DNA of 64,000 bases from positions 26,662,001 through 26,726,000 of the forward strand of contig OZ076409.1 of the NCBI GenBank assembly GCA_964187785.1, in the 5' to 3' direction. The notes under the pieces are model-generated. The model saw only the letters and a list, made by a program, of their open reading frames with translations. It was not told the DNA's origin and ran no database searches. Positions 37,589 to 50,241 of this stretch are shown piece by piece (position 1 is the first letter of the stretch; every line of letters starts with the position of its first letter). The translations under genes were made by a program, and so were the position numbers. This stretch comes from Amphiscolops sp. MND2022 (lineage: Eukaryota).

Positions 37589-40500
37589 TTACTTACCGTT
37601 TTTGCACCTTTTTTGTTTCATTGGTAGATGGTCGGAGCTACCGCCTTCTCCACTGAATGTGTATACCTGAAAGGTATCTGGTCTCGCTGAAATGAAATCA
37701 TTGGTTATTGTTTTGGTTTTGTCTAATTTTAGCATGTTACTCCATTCCGTGTTCGGTTCTCTGCCGAAGTGTAATTCAAATACGGATTTTCTTAACCTAG
37801 TCTGCGGTTTTGTCAGCATTACGTTTAGAGCTAAGTCCAATGCTTCTCCGAATGGTTCTCCGGCTTTTATATTAGTTAACAGATTTTCTTTTAGAGTTCG
37901 TACTCCTGGTTCCACTAAGCCGGTTGTGTTGTGAATATACGGTGTTCCGTATATTATTTTGAAATATTTGATTTTGCAAAAATTTCTAAACTGACGTCCG
38001 GTAAAAACTGTTGCCTTATCCGTTCTTATGGTTTTCGGTATACTGTTTAAGTTGCAGTAATGTTCTAGAAACTTTATTGCCGTTTCTCCGTCTTTAGTTT
38101 TGCACAGACTGGTGACTGGCCATTTGCTGTACCTGTCCAATGAGAGCAAGATGTAAAATCTACGGTTCTGATCCGTGATTGGTCCAATGAAGTCCAATTG
38201 GATTTCTTCGTTCGGTGCTCTTAATGGGGGTAAGCTATTTTGTTCCGATTTAGGTATATTAGGTTTAATATTCTTACTGGAAAGGTTGCACGGTATGCAG
38301 TTGTCGGATTTTCGTTGTATCGCCACCTGAAGTGTTTTGCTGATAAAATCATCTTGTTTCTGAAGGGTGTCCTTTCTGAAGTATGCTTATGACGGTTGTT
38401 TGCAGGTTGATTGGCACATTGATTTTTTCTTCAAAGAATACCAGTCCGTATCGTGTTGATAATTTTTCTTTTTGTATAGGCGGTACTCGTGCGGGATGTT
38501 GTCGTATTGTTGGCGCTCCAAACAAACGAGTGTCTTCAATAGTTTGGGGTCAATAGTTGTTTCAGTCATAAGCAGTTGTAAGTCTGTGGCGAATTCTGTT
38601 TCCATTTCTCGGACGGTATTTTCCAGTTGTTTTGTTCAAGGGCTTGAACTCTCGCAGCGTGTCCCATCTTTATATACTGTACGCTCTTTACCCCAACATA
38701 ATTTGCCCAGTTGATGGTGGGTACCTCCAGTACTGACGGTGCCAGTTCGGAGTCGCTGGAAATTTCTCTTTCCTCCATTGGGGTAATTTCTGTTCGGTTG
38801 TATTGTTTAACCGGTTGACATCTTGATGTGCCCGGTAGGTCGTCTGGTGTTCGTTGCGGAAGTTTTGGAAGTTTTGTGGTGAGGGCGCGGTAAAATGCCA
38901 ATCCGCGGTGTACTCGTCCGATTGCTGTTGTCGATGTGGCCGGTTTCGAATTTCCCTGGCCGGGCTTTCTATTCTCCGGATTGTTTCGGAAAGTCTTTCT
39001 TCTATTTCTCTTCTTTCTCCACGGAGATATTTTGGTTCGTGGTATTTTTTCCATTTGCCGCTTGAGAGTCGGTATCTTCCTGGCTTCACGATGTTTCGCC
39101 ACCGCTCTATCAAACCGATTGTCTCCTGGGAGCGATGTATTTTCTCCAGATAGTCTGGCGTCCATTGTTTAAAATTTAACTTGATTTTGAGAATCAATGC
39201 TGCTTGTTGCGATACGATCAAGGCTATTAATGGCGCTCTGTTCACGCGTGTGTTCCGTTGACGGTTGCCTTTTCACTTTTGTCCCATTTGGGGTTCCGTT
39301 GCTCGAATATGATTGGTTGAAATGGTTGCTAAGGCAACCAACTTTTGAAACAAAATCGTAATGCGGTACCATGCTGTTGATTACGTTTTCTTCTTCGTAC
39401 GTTTCATCTTGTTGTGGCGGCGCGTTTGGAATTCTACTCAAGTAATCCGTCAATGCTAGGTGCTTTCCCGTATTGTGGTTTACGATAATTTTGAAATGCG
39501 CTAATCGGTCTAATCACCGAATTAAGCGGGAGCTGTACGTTTTATTTTAGCCGTTGCGTTTTATTAATGGCTCTAAAGCTTGGTGGTCGGTCAGCAATTT
39601 TATGGGTTTACCGTATATACTACGGAAATGTTCTAAGCCCCATACTACTGCCAGTAACTCTAATTCATTGATGGCGTATTGTTTTTCGGTACCCGATAGA
39701 AATCTGCTTGCGAATGCTACGGCTTTTTTTCGCCGTTGTGTTGTTCTTGCCAGAGTGTTGCGCTTAAACCTTTTGTACCTGCGTCTGTAGTTATTGTATT
39801 CGGTAAACTGAAGCTGTAATGTGCCAAACACGGTATCTCCCTGATTTTGTTTTTTAATTGCGTAAATGCTTCGGAGTTTTCTGGTGTCCTGTTCCATTTG
39901 CTGTTCTTTTTCAATAATTGTCATAGTTAATCTGTTTGGGCTGACAAGTTTTCGACGTACTTTGACAAATTTTGAATTGCTCCTAAAAAGGATTTTGGTT
40001 CTTTTTCGTCCTTTGGTATTTTTAGTCGGCGCATTTTAGAAGAAAATGAGCCCGACTATTACAGTGGCAAGTTTTTTTTCTTTTTTTTTTCGTCAGACCA
40101 CAGAATGTATGCGTAGTGGACACTTTTTACAGAACTACTAAAAGTACTGAACCGGCAAGCGGAATGACATCTGAGTTACTGCAAAGGGTCCCCCCTTTCG
40201 TGTACTCAATTTTTAACGTAAGATACAAAACCGGACGGGACTACAGGGTCCCCCCTTTGAATTTTTTTCGGCACTGTGCGACTTTTTTTTCGAATTTTCT
40301 TTTGTGGCCAAACGGTCCCCCCTTCAAGTTTTTTTGATATTTGGCAGCAAACCGAAGTTTCAAAAAGCCCAAAGGGTCCCCCCTCTCTAGTTTTCGGCAC
40401 TGTGAGACTGTTTCGAAATTCTCATTTTTCATTTTTTCAAAGTTTTTTCAAAAAAAAATTCCGGATTTTTTTATTGTCCAATTTTTTTGATATTTTGCAA

Positions 40501-42753
40501 CAGACTGGATTTTCAAAAAGCTGAAAGGGTCCCCCCCTTTTACAAGTTTAAAAACTTAGCGCTTTTTTGAGCCTTAGATATAGCGCCGACTTTAGACGTT
40601 GCCGTCTTGTTAGTTCTTGTATGTATTTGAGTTTGTCTCGTAACGGTCTAATACCGTTTTGGTCAATTTTGTGCCCACCCATTCTTTCGGTTTTGTTCTC
40701 GGTCAGTCTATATCCTGCGTTTTCTAATTTGGTTGATACGTCTATTAACTCGTTTGTGTTGTTCTTTTGGTCCTTTTGTGACCACTAGTATGTCATCTAA
40801 CCATGCCGGATGTTTGTTTTCCAGTGTTTTGTCGATTTTTTTTGGAATACGGTCGGTATGTCTGCAAAACCGTAGAAACTTTTTGAGAACCTGTAGTAGC
40901 CGGTAAAGTTTCCTCCGGTTACAGCAAATATGCACAATTCCATTGCTTTCTTCGATAACGGTAGTTGATCGTACGCGTAGTCCAGATCAAACTTGGATAT
41001 CCATATCTCGTCTGCTTCTCCGTTAGCAATTGTTTTTGATTTTCTGGATAATAACTCCTCCGTATTTGGTATTTGTGCTTTCCTTTCACTGTGATTCCAT
41101 TGAGTTTCCGTGAATCAAGAGCTATTTTTACAGCTTTGTCTTTTTTGACTGTGATAACGGCTGTGCTGACAAAACAATTTTCGTCGATATCTGTTGCTTT
41201 TTCGATACGGCCGTTTTTCATTAGTTTTCACTTTCTTTCCCGACTGCCAGTTGTAAATGAATTGGCATTGGTCGGCCTTTGTGTTGTATCAGCTTTGCGT
41301 CTGGTTTTAATTGGATGTCTACTTCTATTCTTTTTATTGTTTTGTTTTCCTTGACTTGTTTACCGAATTTTTTCTTTAGGTGAGCGATATCTGGGTCTTT
41401 TTGGATGTTTTGAATTTGTAGGTGATTTTTTTCGATGTTTAGTTTCATTCCCATATGTTTCATCCAATCTAGTCAGAGTAGTGGGTCCGTTCCTTTTTTA
41501 AGTAATCAAAAGCTCTAGTTTCTTCTTTTCTCTGTCCATTTGAATGTTTGCTATTGTTTTATTTTCAAATTTGATTTTGTTGTTGTTTGCGTCTTTGTAA
41601 TCCTGTTGGAGTGGGCATATTGTTGTAGTTCAATTGAATTTTTGTTTTGCTATGAAGTGTGACCGGTGATCCGCTGTCTATTATGAGTTTGATTGGACGG
41701 TTGTTCACCAATTCCGTCACGGTAAAGAATGGCTGTCTGTCTTTGGATATTTGTCTCGTTGAATGGACCGTGTTGTTTATTGAATGTATTTTGTTAGGTG
41801 TCCAGTTATCTTCTTCTGCACTTGTTGCTTTGGAGTCTTGTTGAATATGTTTTACTCTTCGGTCCGAATTTTGTTTTGATCGGCATAATTTTGCGTGATG
41901 ACCTATTTTTCCGCAGTTTGGACACTTTTTGTCATTGCTGGGTAATCGTGTGATTTATTCCAATTTGGTGCCCCGCATCTAATACAGTCCACGTTTCTGA
42001 ATTTGTTGTTTTTTTCTTTCGGGTTTTTGAAAGGTTCATTTTCTATCCACATGTTTGATTTTTGTTTCTTCTTCAGAATCTCTTGATGCGCTCATTTTTC
42101 GTACATGTATTTGTGGATGGTATCGGTGATTGTTTCCACCGACATGTCTCCTTTCTTTCTTTTTTTTTCTTTAGGTCATTGTCACCCGTCGTTTTTCCAG
42201 TATCGGATAGGAACTTTGATGCGAGCAGTTCGGCTGTCGTTATTTCTTCGAATTCGCAATTCTTTTCGATTTCTAGAATGCGTTTCCAGGTTTCTGCAGC
42301 TGAATCTCCCGGTTCTCGTTTTAAATTGAAGAAATCTGCTCTGCTATGGTGTTTGTTCTACTCGGGAATGAAGTGTAGTCGGAAAAGAGTGTAAAGTCGG
42401 TATAAGGGTAGAGAACTCGGTTCTCTTTCTTTTACCCTCTTTGTCATTTCCGTGATCGCTGATTGTCAAATCGCCCATATGAATACATCTTTGATTTCCT
42501 CTTCCAACTGGTCTCTGAATTGTGGTAGTATTTCTTTGGAGTTGGTCATTTTCGATAAATCGATATCACGTGTCATCTTGATTAATTGGACGAATTTTCT
42601 CCACCATAGTTTTGCACTGGTGTGGTCATTCTTCTCAAGGATCGGAATGGGTAACTTCTGTGTAGATGTCCGTTCTACCGATCTCGTCGTTGTATTGTTT
42701 GGGATTGACTGGCTACTGTTCGGTCCATTTATGTCGCCGTCTTCGTCCTCCAT
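37589..42753 (-). pseudogene. gag-pol of element 2 (many frameshifts; split by a Helentron-like insertion)
   Basis: Start MEDEDGD (42753); knuckles CIRCG...H and CPNCGKIGHHAKLC (~41880-41990); protease IDSGSP (~41665-41682); RT WLDD (~40795); RNase H TTDAG, ELELLAVVWGLEHF, TDHQAL; integrase LDFIGP / IRTD / GLVE. Confidence 0.93.
40021..40611 (+). mobile_element. Helentron/DINE-1-like element, family A, nested in the RT of element 2
   Basis: tttAGTCGGCGC ... GCGCCGACT-ttagacgttgccgtCTTGTT, inserted in a T-run; removal restores the RT frame. Confidence 0.92.
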
Positions 42754-43356
42754 TGTTTTGTTTATATTGCTCACTGCGCCATGAAGTATTTCTAGGATAA
42801 ACTCGAGAAAAGAGATGAGAATCAATGTTTACTCTAAACGTAAGGTTATTGTTATGATGTAAGCTTTTAGAGTATAGGCTAAGTAGTTGTTAGTAAACAA
42901 ACTAAAAACAGCAACGGAGATATAATGTTGTTTATCAACAGTTTTTTCTACAAATACAGAGTAATAACTTTCGTCAGTGCTGTACGCAACTATTACAGTG
43001 ATGAATGTTTTCCTCCAGATTAAAACACCACAGATTAAATAGACCTTTCCAACACAAACTTGAATTATCTCAACTGTTACTTCATTTCTGTGCAACATTG
43101 AGCTGACCGCACAACGCATTTTAATCTTTTTACCAAATATTTGTTTCTCTAGAGGATCGAAAAAGTCGCCGACTGACTTCTTTGGCGTTGAAAGATTTCT
43201 TTCCTTGACTTTGTTTTCTCCGAAAGGGTCGTTGTTCATAATATTTGGATATTTTACAACCATCTTGAAGTAATAAGAGCTGAGATGACATTTTTCTCAA
43301 AAACAGATCCTACGGAAACTTTGAAAAACTATGAATGGGGTGTCGATTAGAGGCGT

Positions 43357-43740
43357 TTTTAGTCGGCGCGTTTTCCTTTTAAGAAAAAAAAAGCGCTCGA
43401 CTATAACAGTGACCTTTTTTTCTTCAGACCACAGACCTCACCGTGATGCGTCCACTTGTTAGGGAAACTCCTGAAACTCCCTATGGACAAATCCGGCCAG
43501 TGCAAACTTAGTGCAAAGGGTCCCCATTTTCATTTTTTTAAACTTTTTTAACGTTACCTACAAAACCAGACGAGACTAAAGAGTCGCCCCTTTCAATTTA
43601 TTTTCGTCACTGTGCGAATTTTTTCCGGAATTTTTTTAATGTCTCAAATGTCCCCTTTTCAAGTTTTCTGATATTTTGCAACTGAATGTATTTCAATAAA
43701 TCCCAGAGGTATGTGAAAAAAGGTTTCTGAAAGGTATGCG
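43357..43740 (+). mobile_element. Truncated family A element
   Basis: ttttAGTCGGCGC start and family-typical interior; 3' end replaced by a 14-bp tandem array. Confidence 0.75.
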
Positions 43741-43760
43741 AAAAACTTGTCGAGGGCAAA

Positions 43761-43908
43761 TCGTCGAATGCAACTCGCCGACTGCAACTCGCCGAATGCA
43801 TCTCGCCGAATGCAACTCGCCGAATGCAACTCGCCGAATGCAACTCGCCGACTGCAACTCGCCGAATGTATCTCGCCGAATGCAACTCGCCGAATGCAAC
43901 TCGCCGAA
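43761..43908. repeat. 14-bp minisatellite (TCGCCGAATGCAAC)n
   Basis: About 10 tandem units. Confidence 0.95.
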
Positions 43909-44140
43909 ATTAAATGGTAGAAAACGAGTCCAAGACTATTTCGTCGAATATTAATTGGGTGCAAACTTGTCGAGTAATTACAGAATACTAATCCGCTGTT
44001 GATACCCCACCAGAAGTTTTTTTTATAAATTTTATTGCCAAGTGCTAATTATGGATATATTTTATTTAATAGATGCGTGACAATTTTCAGCTTTACACAT
44101 AAAGTAGCTTTAATGGTTGAATAATTGCTTGAAATGTAAG

Positions 44141-44722
44141 TTTTAGTCGGCGCTTGTCTTTAGAAAAAAGCGATAATAGTCATTGCTTTCGTAAGTTTTT
44201 TTCGATACACCTGAACTAGTCAAATTAGTTCTACCAAACTTTCTCCAATTTTGGCAAAGTCCGTCACTGTCACTTAGTCTAAGGGTCCGTGTCCGTTCGA
44301 GTCTCGCACGAAACCAAATTTATTAAGTTTTTCAAATCTAATCTCTTTCCTTCTTCGATTTTCAGCAGATTTTCTGCTTCGTTTTGCGATCTTAAATGCA
44401 CATATTTTTTCCGTCTCTGTGCGTCTTTGTTTCCGGTACTTTTATTTGGTCAAAGGATACCCCCTCGTTTTTATAGCTGATTTCGGCTTGGGAAAAAGTA
44501 GTTTTGCAAGCTAAAAACTCCTTTTCGGCACTATGAGACCTTCCCAGTTTCGTGTTTCCAGTTGGGGAAAAAGTGGTTTCCGAGTCCTATGAATATCCCT
44601 TGGGTTATTTTTCGGCACTAGAAAATTAATTGAATTAAAACAATAGTGTCCTTTTCATATTTAAGAGACTTCGGTTTTTTAAAAGTTGAGCGGTCGCCGA
44701 CTTCGGCCAGTCGCGGCTTGTT
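44141..44722 (+). mobile_element. Helentron/DINE-1-like element, family A
   Basis: ttttAGTCGGCGC ... CGCCGACTtcggccagtcgcggCTTGTT. Confidence 0.8.
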
Positions 44723-44782
44723 TATAGTTTACAGTGTAAGACTTTTGCTCGTATTCACAGTACGATCACAAAACCAGCAGTA

Positions 44783-45458
44783 CAGTGGTGTGAAGAAAGA
44801 ATGCGACTTAGCTGCTCAAAAAGGCTAATTTTGCAGTCTCATATCTCCAAAACTATTCGAAATGGTTCAATTTTGCAAAAACAGAAGTTTCTTGAATTTT
44901 TGCTATAAATACAATGGTTTTTGTTTGAAATTTCAACCATCATTGGTTCCGAAGTTAGAAACATGTGATTTTGGGAGGAAAATAATTAAAATTGCTAATT
45001 TTTGAGAAAATATCAGTGATCCAATGAATCTTTTTTGATCAATTTTGCCTTGCAGATACACTCAAATCTCTCGAAAACGAAGATGAAATTTGATTTTGGA
45101 TATATTTGAAAAATGTATATTGGTGGGAGTTTTACCAAGTGTAAGTCTAAAATTCCTATCTTAATACATGTATTTCCAATTTTACTGAACGAAAAAGTGC
45201 TCCCATTTTCGTTTTCTTGGTGATTTCCACAAACAAAAACTATCATGGGATTGAGAAAAATCAGAGAAATTTTCTGGTATAATTTTCATGTAAAAATTAT
45301 CCCCGAAAAACGGTGAAATAATAAAAATACTGATTTTTGCGAGCGATTGAGGCTCATTAAACCAATGATATTTGAGCAGCGAGGCGTAGTGAACCAATCA
45401 GATTAGAGAATTCTTTGCATTCTGAGCAACTAAGTCGCATTCTTTCTTCACACCACTC
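44783..45458. mobile_element. Tc1/mariner-type MITE
   Basis: ~37-bp TIRs CAGTGGTGTGAAGAAAGAATGCGACTTAGCTGCTCA / TGAGCAACTAAGTCGCATTCTTTCTTCACACCACTC, flanked by TA on both sides; no ORF. Confidence 0.88.
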
Positions 45459-45909
45459 TATATTTATATATGATGAGTTTCTGTATTTGCGACGAGAATT
45501 TTCAGCGAGTCTTGCTTTCCGACGAGTTTTCCATCTTGTATTTTCCAGTTGTTTTTGACAAGTTTTCCTCTTTTTAAACAAGTACCTTGAAAACAAAAGA
45601 GTGCCCAACGTTTGAATTTTTTCAAATTATGATGCAAAGTCCGTTATTTATTGGCCGCGCTCCAGCCCAAAGATTTTGTTCTCGCCAAAATAGGTCAGCG
45701 TGAAGAATATACTCGAGATCAACGGGCGTCTTATTTAAGCATTGCTCAAATCACGTGACGAAGATATTGAATCTATCATCAAGTGAACTTCAATTTCAGT
45801 CATTGAAAACCCTAGAATTTGGATTTCTGAATAGGAGAGGCAATAAAATACGAGGAATAACTTCTAGAGGTGTTTTGGCAATATAGCCTAAAGGAGTAAC
45901 ATCTCAGAA

Positions 45910-45981
45910 AGAAATTTTAATATATGGAAAGAGTAAGAATGGCTTAGAAATTTTAATATATGGAAAGAGTAAGAATGGCTT
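45910..45981. repeat. 36-bp perfect tandem duplication
   Basis: agaaattttaatatatggaaagagtaagaatggctt x2. Confidence 0.9.
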
Positions 45982-47532
45982 CAAACGTCAGACGGTTTTA
46001 AAATTTTGACGTTCATTCTGATCGCGCTTTCCAAAGTCAATTTCCCTGAAGTTTGCGAAATGTATCATCATTTAGTCGAAATTCAACACGTTTTCAGGTT
46101 TGGTAAGCGCGCACTAAGACTGCTTGTGTTTCACAGAAAAGTGTTACTTTTTCGTCTTCCCCAACTATCCAACTGATTCTCACGTATTTAGAGTCATCGA
46201 CAATGTTGATCAAAAAATGCAATACACGTCAAACTTGTGTTCACTTCTATTACTTCAATTTTGACGTCATAAAAGTCTCAAAGGGACGTCTCATTTATTT
46301 CGACATGAATTTATTACTCTTGGACCAGAGCAGCTCAAGTGAATGGTGCCCATAAATGCAAACATTACCTGTGCAGTTATCGATTGACTTTGGGTCAGTC
46401 TAAATCTTCGCTATCAGGTTCTTGAGGGGCACAAAAGTGACAAAGCAAGGTGGTGAATAAAAATGCATTTGGGAAAAAGTTATAATCTCGACTCGTTATC
46501 AGCGCAGAGAAAACAATGATTAAAGAGCTCGGGTATCCAAGATAGCCATTGAGGATTTTTGGGTGTTATTGATTCTTTTGCTTACCGACTTGAGACAAGC
46601 GATTAACCGAAAGAAAAAAAGCATGGACAACGCTCGCGTTTACACAGAAATGAAGATTATAAGGAATCAATTGGTATAAAAGGGGAGTGGACAAACCTTT
46701 CCACCTTTCAAACAATAGGGAACCATGTGAAATACGGGCATACCGAAGAAAGTGAATATCCGTTTTTCGATGTTTGTAACCTCGTGCGATTCTACAATAG
46801 TTGGCCGATCCGAATGACCTTTTTTGACCAAACAATGTTCAAATCAGCACTTTAAATTGATTTGGTCTAAGGTTTATATATTGCTGTCTAAAAATGTCAA
46901 GATTCACAATCTACTGCTATATGCTGGTAAGTTTTTCTTGGAATGATTCGGAAACTTTTGTACTTTTTATGTCAACTTAATATTGAGTCCAGTATTATAT
47001 GATCTCGATACTCCGTATTGTATTGTTCCTAAGGAAACGTGAGAATCCGCGGAAGCCCGTGACCCCGGCTGGTTTTACGAATAGAACTACTTTGTAAAAT
47101 GCAATTCCTTGCCTAATGATTAGCCCGAAACTAGTATTTTTGCGTGAGACTGCATTTTTAATACCCTAGTGAACAGTTGAGACACGTTATGGAAGAAACT
47201 GGCAGATTTTTTTGCCCAAAATTTTGAATGTTAAAGCCTTATTTTGTTAAGTGAGCTGCAAGATCTTTTATACTATATGGTCTCATATTTGAAATTTTTA
47301 CCAGGAGAAAACTAAAACTTAGAAGTCAGTAGAAAATACTATCAGTTTGTGGAGAGCAGAGTCGAACCTTAGGCCCAAAATGCCACAAAAGTTCCTCTAA
47401 AGTTCCGGTAATTCAAACTCCCCAATGAAACCCAATTCGACACCGAGTACGGGTGATTAACAAATACTAAAAAAGATGATCCGAAAATCCCACAATTGTT
47501 TAGAATGATTAAAATACTAAAAAGTGACTAAC

Positions 47533-47780
47533 TTGACTTCGCTTGAGTCGCACTTGAGTTCTTTGTTGCCGCAGTTCCTCTCGTCTACGGGGGTCTTGCA
47601 GTCGGGCACCCCGTCACAGAGCCACGACTGGTGTATACACCTGCTGCCGTCCTCGCACATGGTGCGTCCATCCTCTACTCCGTTGACGTCACTCTCGTTG
47701 AGCCCGTGACACCCTATGAACCAAGATATGCAGTGCTTCTCATCCAGCCCGTTGGGACAGTCGGGGGAGCCATCACAGAG
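47533..47780 (-). CDS. Exon: LDLa repeats 6-7 and a final Cys (not in the ORF track)
   Basis: Translated by hand: ttttag|LCDGSPDCPNGLDEKHC...MCEDGSRCIHQSWLCDGVPDCKTPVDERNCGNKELKCDSSEVK; donor AA|gttagt (phase 2), 248 nt. Confidence 0.9.
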
Positions 47781-48237
47781 CTAAAAGTTAAAGATGAACA
47801 AGAAAATTGCCCACCCAAGTCAAAAATGAGAAAAAAATGGACACATTTCGATTTTTTTTTGCACTTTCCTGAAGAATTTTTTTTGTATTTTTCTAAAGCG
47901 CTTTTCTACTTAAAACTTGAAACATCATAACATTATCTAAAAAGAAAACAATCAAGACCTAAGTTTTCAAGCACTAACCGTTTGACTGCGTTTTTCAATG
48001 TTTGACAAATTTGTCTACTCATATGCAATTTAGTTTATTTTAATCAGAGGAATGTTAGAAAAAATTCAACAAAGTTTGACATCTAAGATTGATTCAACTA
48101 CGCCGAAAAAATAGAAAACCTAACATTGCATGTTTTTTATGATCACCAGGTAAACAGGCATTTACCCAATGCGTATCACGAGGCAACATTTTGAACTTCA
48201 ACTACAAAATTAGGTTCATGTGGAAGAGGTTATTTAC

Positions 48238-48498
48238 CTGATGTTGATCGATGCAGGCGTAGTTGTGACCGGGGCACTTGACCTGGTGAGGGGCACACTC
48301 GTGTTTGGCACAGAGCTGTTTGTCCTCATCCTCGTCGTACATGCACTCCCCGAACCCATTGCACACCCACGAGGCGTCAATGCACCAGGTGCTCATACCA
48401 CATTGTACCAGACCCTCCTTCTCGCAATTGACCCTCCCCGCACACTGAGCCTCGTCACTCCCCTTGGGACAATCTATGTACCCGTCACACTGCCAACT
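48238..48498 (-). CDS. Exon: LDLa repeats 4-6
   Basis: ttgcag|AGT acceptor, CAG|gtaaat donor, 261 nt phase 0/0. SWQCDGYIDCPKGSDEAQC, WVCNGFGECMYDEDE, CAPHQVKCPGHNYACIDQHQ; completes CIDE|SWQCDG across the intron. Confidence 0.92.
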
Positions 48499-49394
48499 CT
48501 GCAACAAAAGATTATGATTGGTTATGATCGGTTATGATTGTTGAAATTTTTGAAAGTTATGAGTTTTGGAGTATAACGTTTTGCTTGAGGTTTCAGATAG
48601 TTTCAAAATTAGGACACAGTCTTTCTCTGTAGATTTACCTGTATACTATCATCATGTAAAAATGTCATATGATCAAAGCACGAATGCATCAAAAAGCTCA
48701 GCTCCAATGTTTTCAACGGGGCGCTTTTTGGGAAAAAAGAGCGAAGTATTTCAATGAATACTTTTTATCTTCAGCCTCATATCGGAAAGTCCAAACTTTT
48801 CATTCAGTTTGTCTAGGTTCACAACACTCTCTAAACCCACAAGGCATTCAAAGGGTCCTTCTTTAGATACCTCAGTATTTTTGCCGTTTTTGAAAAGAAA
48901 AGAAATTAAAGAATCCCCTTTTGATTTTTCTTTTTCTAAAAGAGCCCTCTTTAATTTTTTTATTTTGTATTTTCGCAACAACGTGAAAGTGATGAGAGCT
49001 TAAAGGGTCCCGACAATTGAGTTCTTTGGCCCTATGCGACTGTTTTCAAATTTCCCAAAAACGTGTCCCAGATCAATTGACTTGGGCCGTTGACGGCTCT
49101 TTAAGAATATCACATCAATATTTTCATATTTTCAAGTTCAATGTCAAATTTTAGTCGGCGCTGTGTAAAATATACAGATCATTCATTTTTTTTCATAACG
49201 ATACGTATCAACATTCGGTTACATCATAATGAACTTGTTTTCTTGGTAACAGATGTAGCAAATTGAGATTTTTGGTTGTCTTTTGTCCAAACTCAAAAAT
49301 CTGACAAAACAAAACGATACAAAAAAACGAGAACCATCAAAGCAGTATTATCACCTTTGAATCTGTAAAACTAGAATGTATGATACTATCATAC

Positions 49395-49687
49395 CTCATC
49401 GATGCAATTGAAACTCTCTTTGCATTGAACCCTGCTAATAGCAGAGCAGTTCTGCTTCGGGCAGTTGGCTTCATCGTAACCATTGCGCTTGCAATGCACT
49501 CTCCCGTCACAGTACCAGAACTCAGGGATCCAGCTGAGAGAGTCCCCACATCGCATGTTCACCTCCCCGAACTTCTTGGGCATGGGGGTCGGTCTCTCGG
49601 TCTCTAGTCTCTTGCTGTAGTTGCGGAACTGTTCATCCCAAATCTCCGCGAACTGGGCAAGTTGCACAGGGTCTTCATCTTCACCGG
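49395..49687 (-). CDS. Exon: end of LDLa repeat 2, linker, LDLa repeat 3, start of repeat 4
   Basis: ttgttccag|CC acceptor (phase 1) joins previous exon to give DCP-A-GEDED; GAG|gtatga donor (phase 0). Encodes WYCDGRVHCKRNGYDEANC and CSAISRVQCKESFNCIDE. Confidence 0.9.
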
Positions 49688-49697
49688 CTGGAACAAA

Positions 49698-50241
49698 AAC
49701 AAGACGGGATCGTCTCAAGTCGGCGCCATATCTAAGGCTCAAAAATATTCAAAGAACAACTATTGGAAACATTTGGAAAAATTATTTTTTTCAAAAAAAA
49801 ATTTTTGAAAATTTTTTTTTGTCGAAAAAAAGTATTTTTTGAGAAAGTCGCACAATGCCGAAAAACTCAAAAAGAGGCCATTCAGGCTCATTAAACGTTT
49901 TTACAAACCGAAAACTTCAAAAAAATGCAAGGGGTTACCCTTTGATAGAATCCGAAAATTTTCGAAAAAAAGTTGCATAGTGCCGAAAAAAACCCAAAGG
50001 GGGGACCCTTTGGTCTCACCTGCTGTACTTTTGGAAGCATAAAAATATTATCGTTTAGTGCGAGAATCGAACCCCCGCTCTTCGGCTTCAGAAATTTAGT
50101 CGAAGAAGATGAACAACAGAACAGATGAACAAATTGTAAAAAGTGGACCATTCAGAGTGAGATTGTAGGCTGAAAAAGAAAAAAAACTACCCACTGTAAT
50201 AGTCGGGCTTTTTTCCTTAAGGGAAAAGGCGCCGACTAAAA
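49698..50241 (-). mobile_element. Helentron/DINE-1-like element, family A, next to a splice acceptor
   Basis: aacaagacgggatcgtctcaAGTCGGCGCC ... GGCGCCGACTaaaa. Confidence 0.88.

Larger units (their letters stand above)
36457..42952 (-). mobile_element. Ty3/Gypsy LTR retrotransposon (Mag-like), degraded, full length
   Basis: 171-bp LTRs 36457-36627 and 42782-42952 (9 mismatches counted by eye), 5-bp TSD AATAC, PBS TGGCGCAGTGAGC (42769-42781, tRNA-Ser-like), PPT next to 36627. Mag-like assignment is inference from tandem CCHC knuckles and size. Confidence 0.95.

Noticed and set aside
43607..43964. Four overlapping ORFs with HSASCIRR repeats; CRISPR-like look
   Set aside because: 14-bp tandem repeat with no unique spacers, in eukaryotic context without cas genes.
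46369..46399. Micro-exon TDPKSIDNCT with a gtaatg donor on the minus strand
   Set aside because: Weak acceptor; phases 0/1 do not fit the flanking phase-2 junction.
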